The position numbers and the translations under genes are program-made. Of a DNA stretch of 64,000 bases, positions 63,004 through 64,000 are shown piece after piece. The stretch comes from Candidatus Marinacidobacterales bacterium (GTDB lineage: Bacteria; Acidobacteriota; Vicinamibacteria; Marinacidobacterales; SMYC01), in contig OZ250169.1 of NCBI GenBank assembly GCA_965237955.1, positions 1,824,001-1,888,000 of the forward strand. The letters run 5' to 3'. The notes under the pieces are model-generated. The model searched no databases, had not been told where the DNA came from, and saw only the letters and a program-made list of their open reading frames with translations. The stretch's first letter is position 1. Each line of letters begins with the position of its first letter.

Positions 63004-63133
63004 CGGCGCCTCCACTCCGGAAACGCCATTCTGATTGAAGGCGCGCCGTCATGTCTGGCACTCCAGACACACGACAACGGCCTCCTTTTACGGATGGCCG
63101 AGTGTGCAATTTACGCCCGCCGCTAACAGTTAC

Positions 63134-63240
63134 ATATAATGAGCGGTCGACGAGGCTTACCAGCACGGGGAAGGTCGTCAGGTTCGACGGCCCCGACACC
63201 TGATTGAAGTCGATCGTAATCGGCTTCCGGCGTGAGAACG
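63134..63240 (-). pseudogene. Short DUF2341-like fragment abutting IS21
   Basis: FSRRKPITIDFNQVSGPSNLTTFPVLVSL resembles the start of DUF2341 domains; no intact gene around it. Confidence 0.45.
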
Positions 63241-63439
63241 TGGCGTCGACACGGGTTGCGCTCGCGCATAGCAAGTACAACCAGCGTGATTCTCGTGATT
63301 GCCCTGTGCATGGATTCCCGGCCATGGGTGACGCAAGGCGCGTGTCATGCACGCTCGGGCGCAACTGGCTTCGATGGAATGACTTAGAGTTGTGACGTTC
63401 GAAAATAGGAAAAAAACCGCGTTGGGAGGGGCGAAATCG

Positions 63440-64000
63440 TCAAACGCGCTCGAGGCTTCGAATCGACGTTTGGTAGAGCTTTTCGGTGTGTTCGAAATTC
63501 GAGCGGCGATTCCGCGCGAGCCAGAGCTCTCGGTGTCGGGCCATCAGGCACCGCTGTTCGTGGGCGAGCGTTTTCGGTCGCCGGTGACCGAGGCCCTTCT
63601 CTGCCGCGAAGATCGACGCGTCGATGGCGAAGCGAAGCTCCTCCCTGGCGATCGGCCTCGGCGCGAATCGCTCCTTGTTCCTTGCGAAGACATCGCGGAC
63701 CTTCAAAAGCTTGACGAGCGTGCGCTCGAGCACTTTCGGCTTTACCTGTAGCATGAACGTTCCGTCGATCACATCGTCGAAGTAGACCGACTTGAGTGGG
63801 GAATTGTTGAAGTGGTCGAAGCCCGTTTGGTGCAGCCCTCCGAGACGACGGTAGATCTTTCCGGTAACACCCGAAGGGTCGTCGTAGAGCTGCATCGAGA
63901 ACGCTCGGTCGAACGCGCGCGCGTCGACGTCGCTGGCTCCCCAGCTCGCTTGGGCCCCCCACGCGAAAGTGAACAGCGAATTCCCGAGCAGGTTGTAGTG
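63440..64000 (-). CDS. C-terminal part of a GH20-like (beta-N-acetylhexosaminidase) protein (partial)
   Basis: Open frame from window end: HYNLLGNSLFTFAWGAQASW...HRELWLARNRRS, as recalled for GH20-type C-termini. Confidence 0.6.
   Translation of the reverse strand, partial: HYNLLGNSLFTFAWGAQASWGASDVDARAFDRAFSMQLYDDPSGVTGKIYRRLGGLHQTGFDHFNNSPLKSVYFDDVIDGTFMLQVKPKVLERTLVKLLKVRDVFARNKERFAPRPIAREELRFAIDASIFAAEKGLGHRRPKTLAHEQRCLMARHRELWLARNRRSNFEHTEKLYQTSIRSLERV

Larger units (their letters stand above)
61051..63128 (-). mobile_element. IS21-family insertion sequence (2078 bp)
   Basis: TG...CA ends (TGTCAACGCCGGCCGAAAACTGCGCA and revcomp TGTTAGCGGCGGGCGTAAATTGCACA); 5-bp DR GTTAC (61046-61050, 63129-63133). 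Confidence 0.92.

Overview
GC-rich bacterial chromosome segment. Gene content and order (tgt-yajC-secD-secF-tonB-exbB-exbD, HEAT-cyclophilin, Gld-like ABC, pur cluster, quartet of GT4s) suggest Acidobacteriota, possibly Vicinamibacteria; this assignment is inference. The housekeeping backbone carries six insertion sequences of six families (ISL3, IS5/IS903, ISAzo13, IS256, IS630, IS21) plus two non-autonomous elements, about 10 kb in total, with termini read directly from the sequence and target duplications found for all but the IS5. The strongest candidate for an undescribed system is at 27.3-39.3 kb. It has a heterodimeric C39-peptidase ABC exporter, an unannotated 20-codon peptide gene (MKVKTRIQSG-SGGNQFNHYP) with its own RBS and terminator, and a convergent membrane Ser/Thr kinase with a large extracytoplasmic TPR domain. 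Removing the four intervening mobile elements brings these genes within about 340 bp and about 130 bp of each other, suggesting a peptide-signalling module. Other highlights are an unannotated 22-aa Lys/Ala-rich microprotein whose promoter carries NrdR-like boxes, a stand-alone tandem PARP-type zinc-finger protein, and a GT4 tail with FtsZ-tail-like motifs. Several genes have single +1 homopolymer frameshifts that look like sequencing errors. No rRNA, tRNA or CRISPR array was seen.
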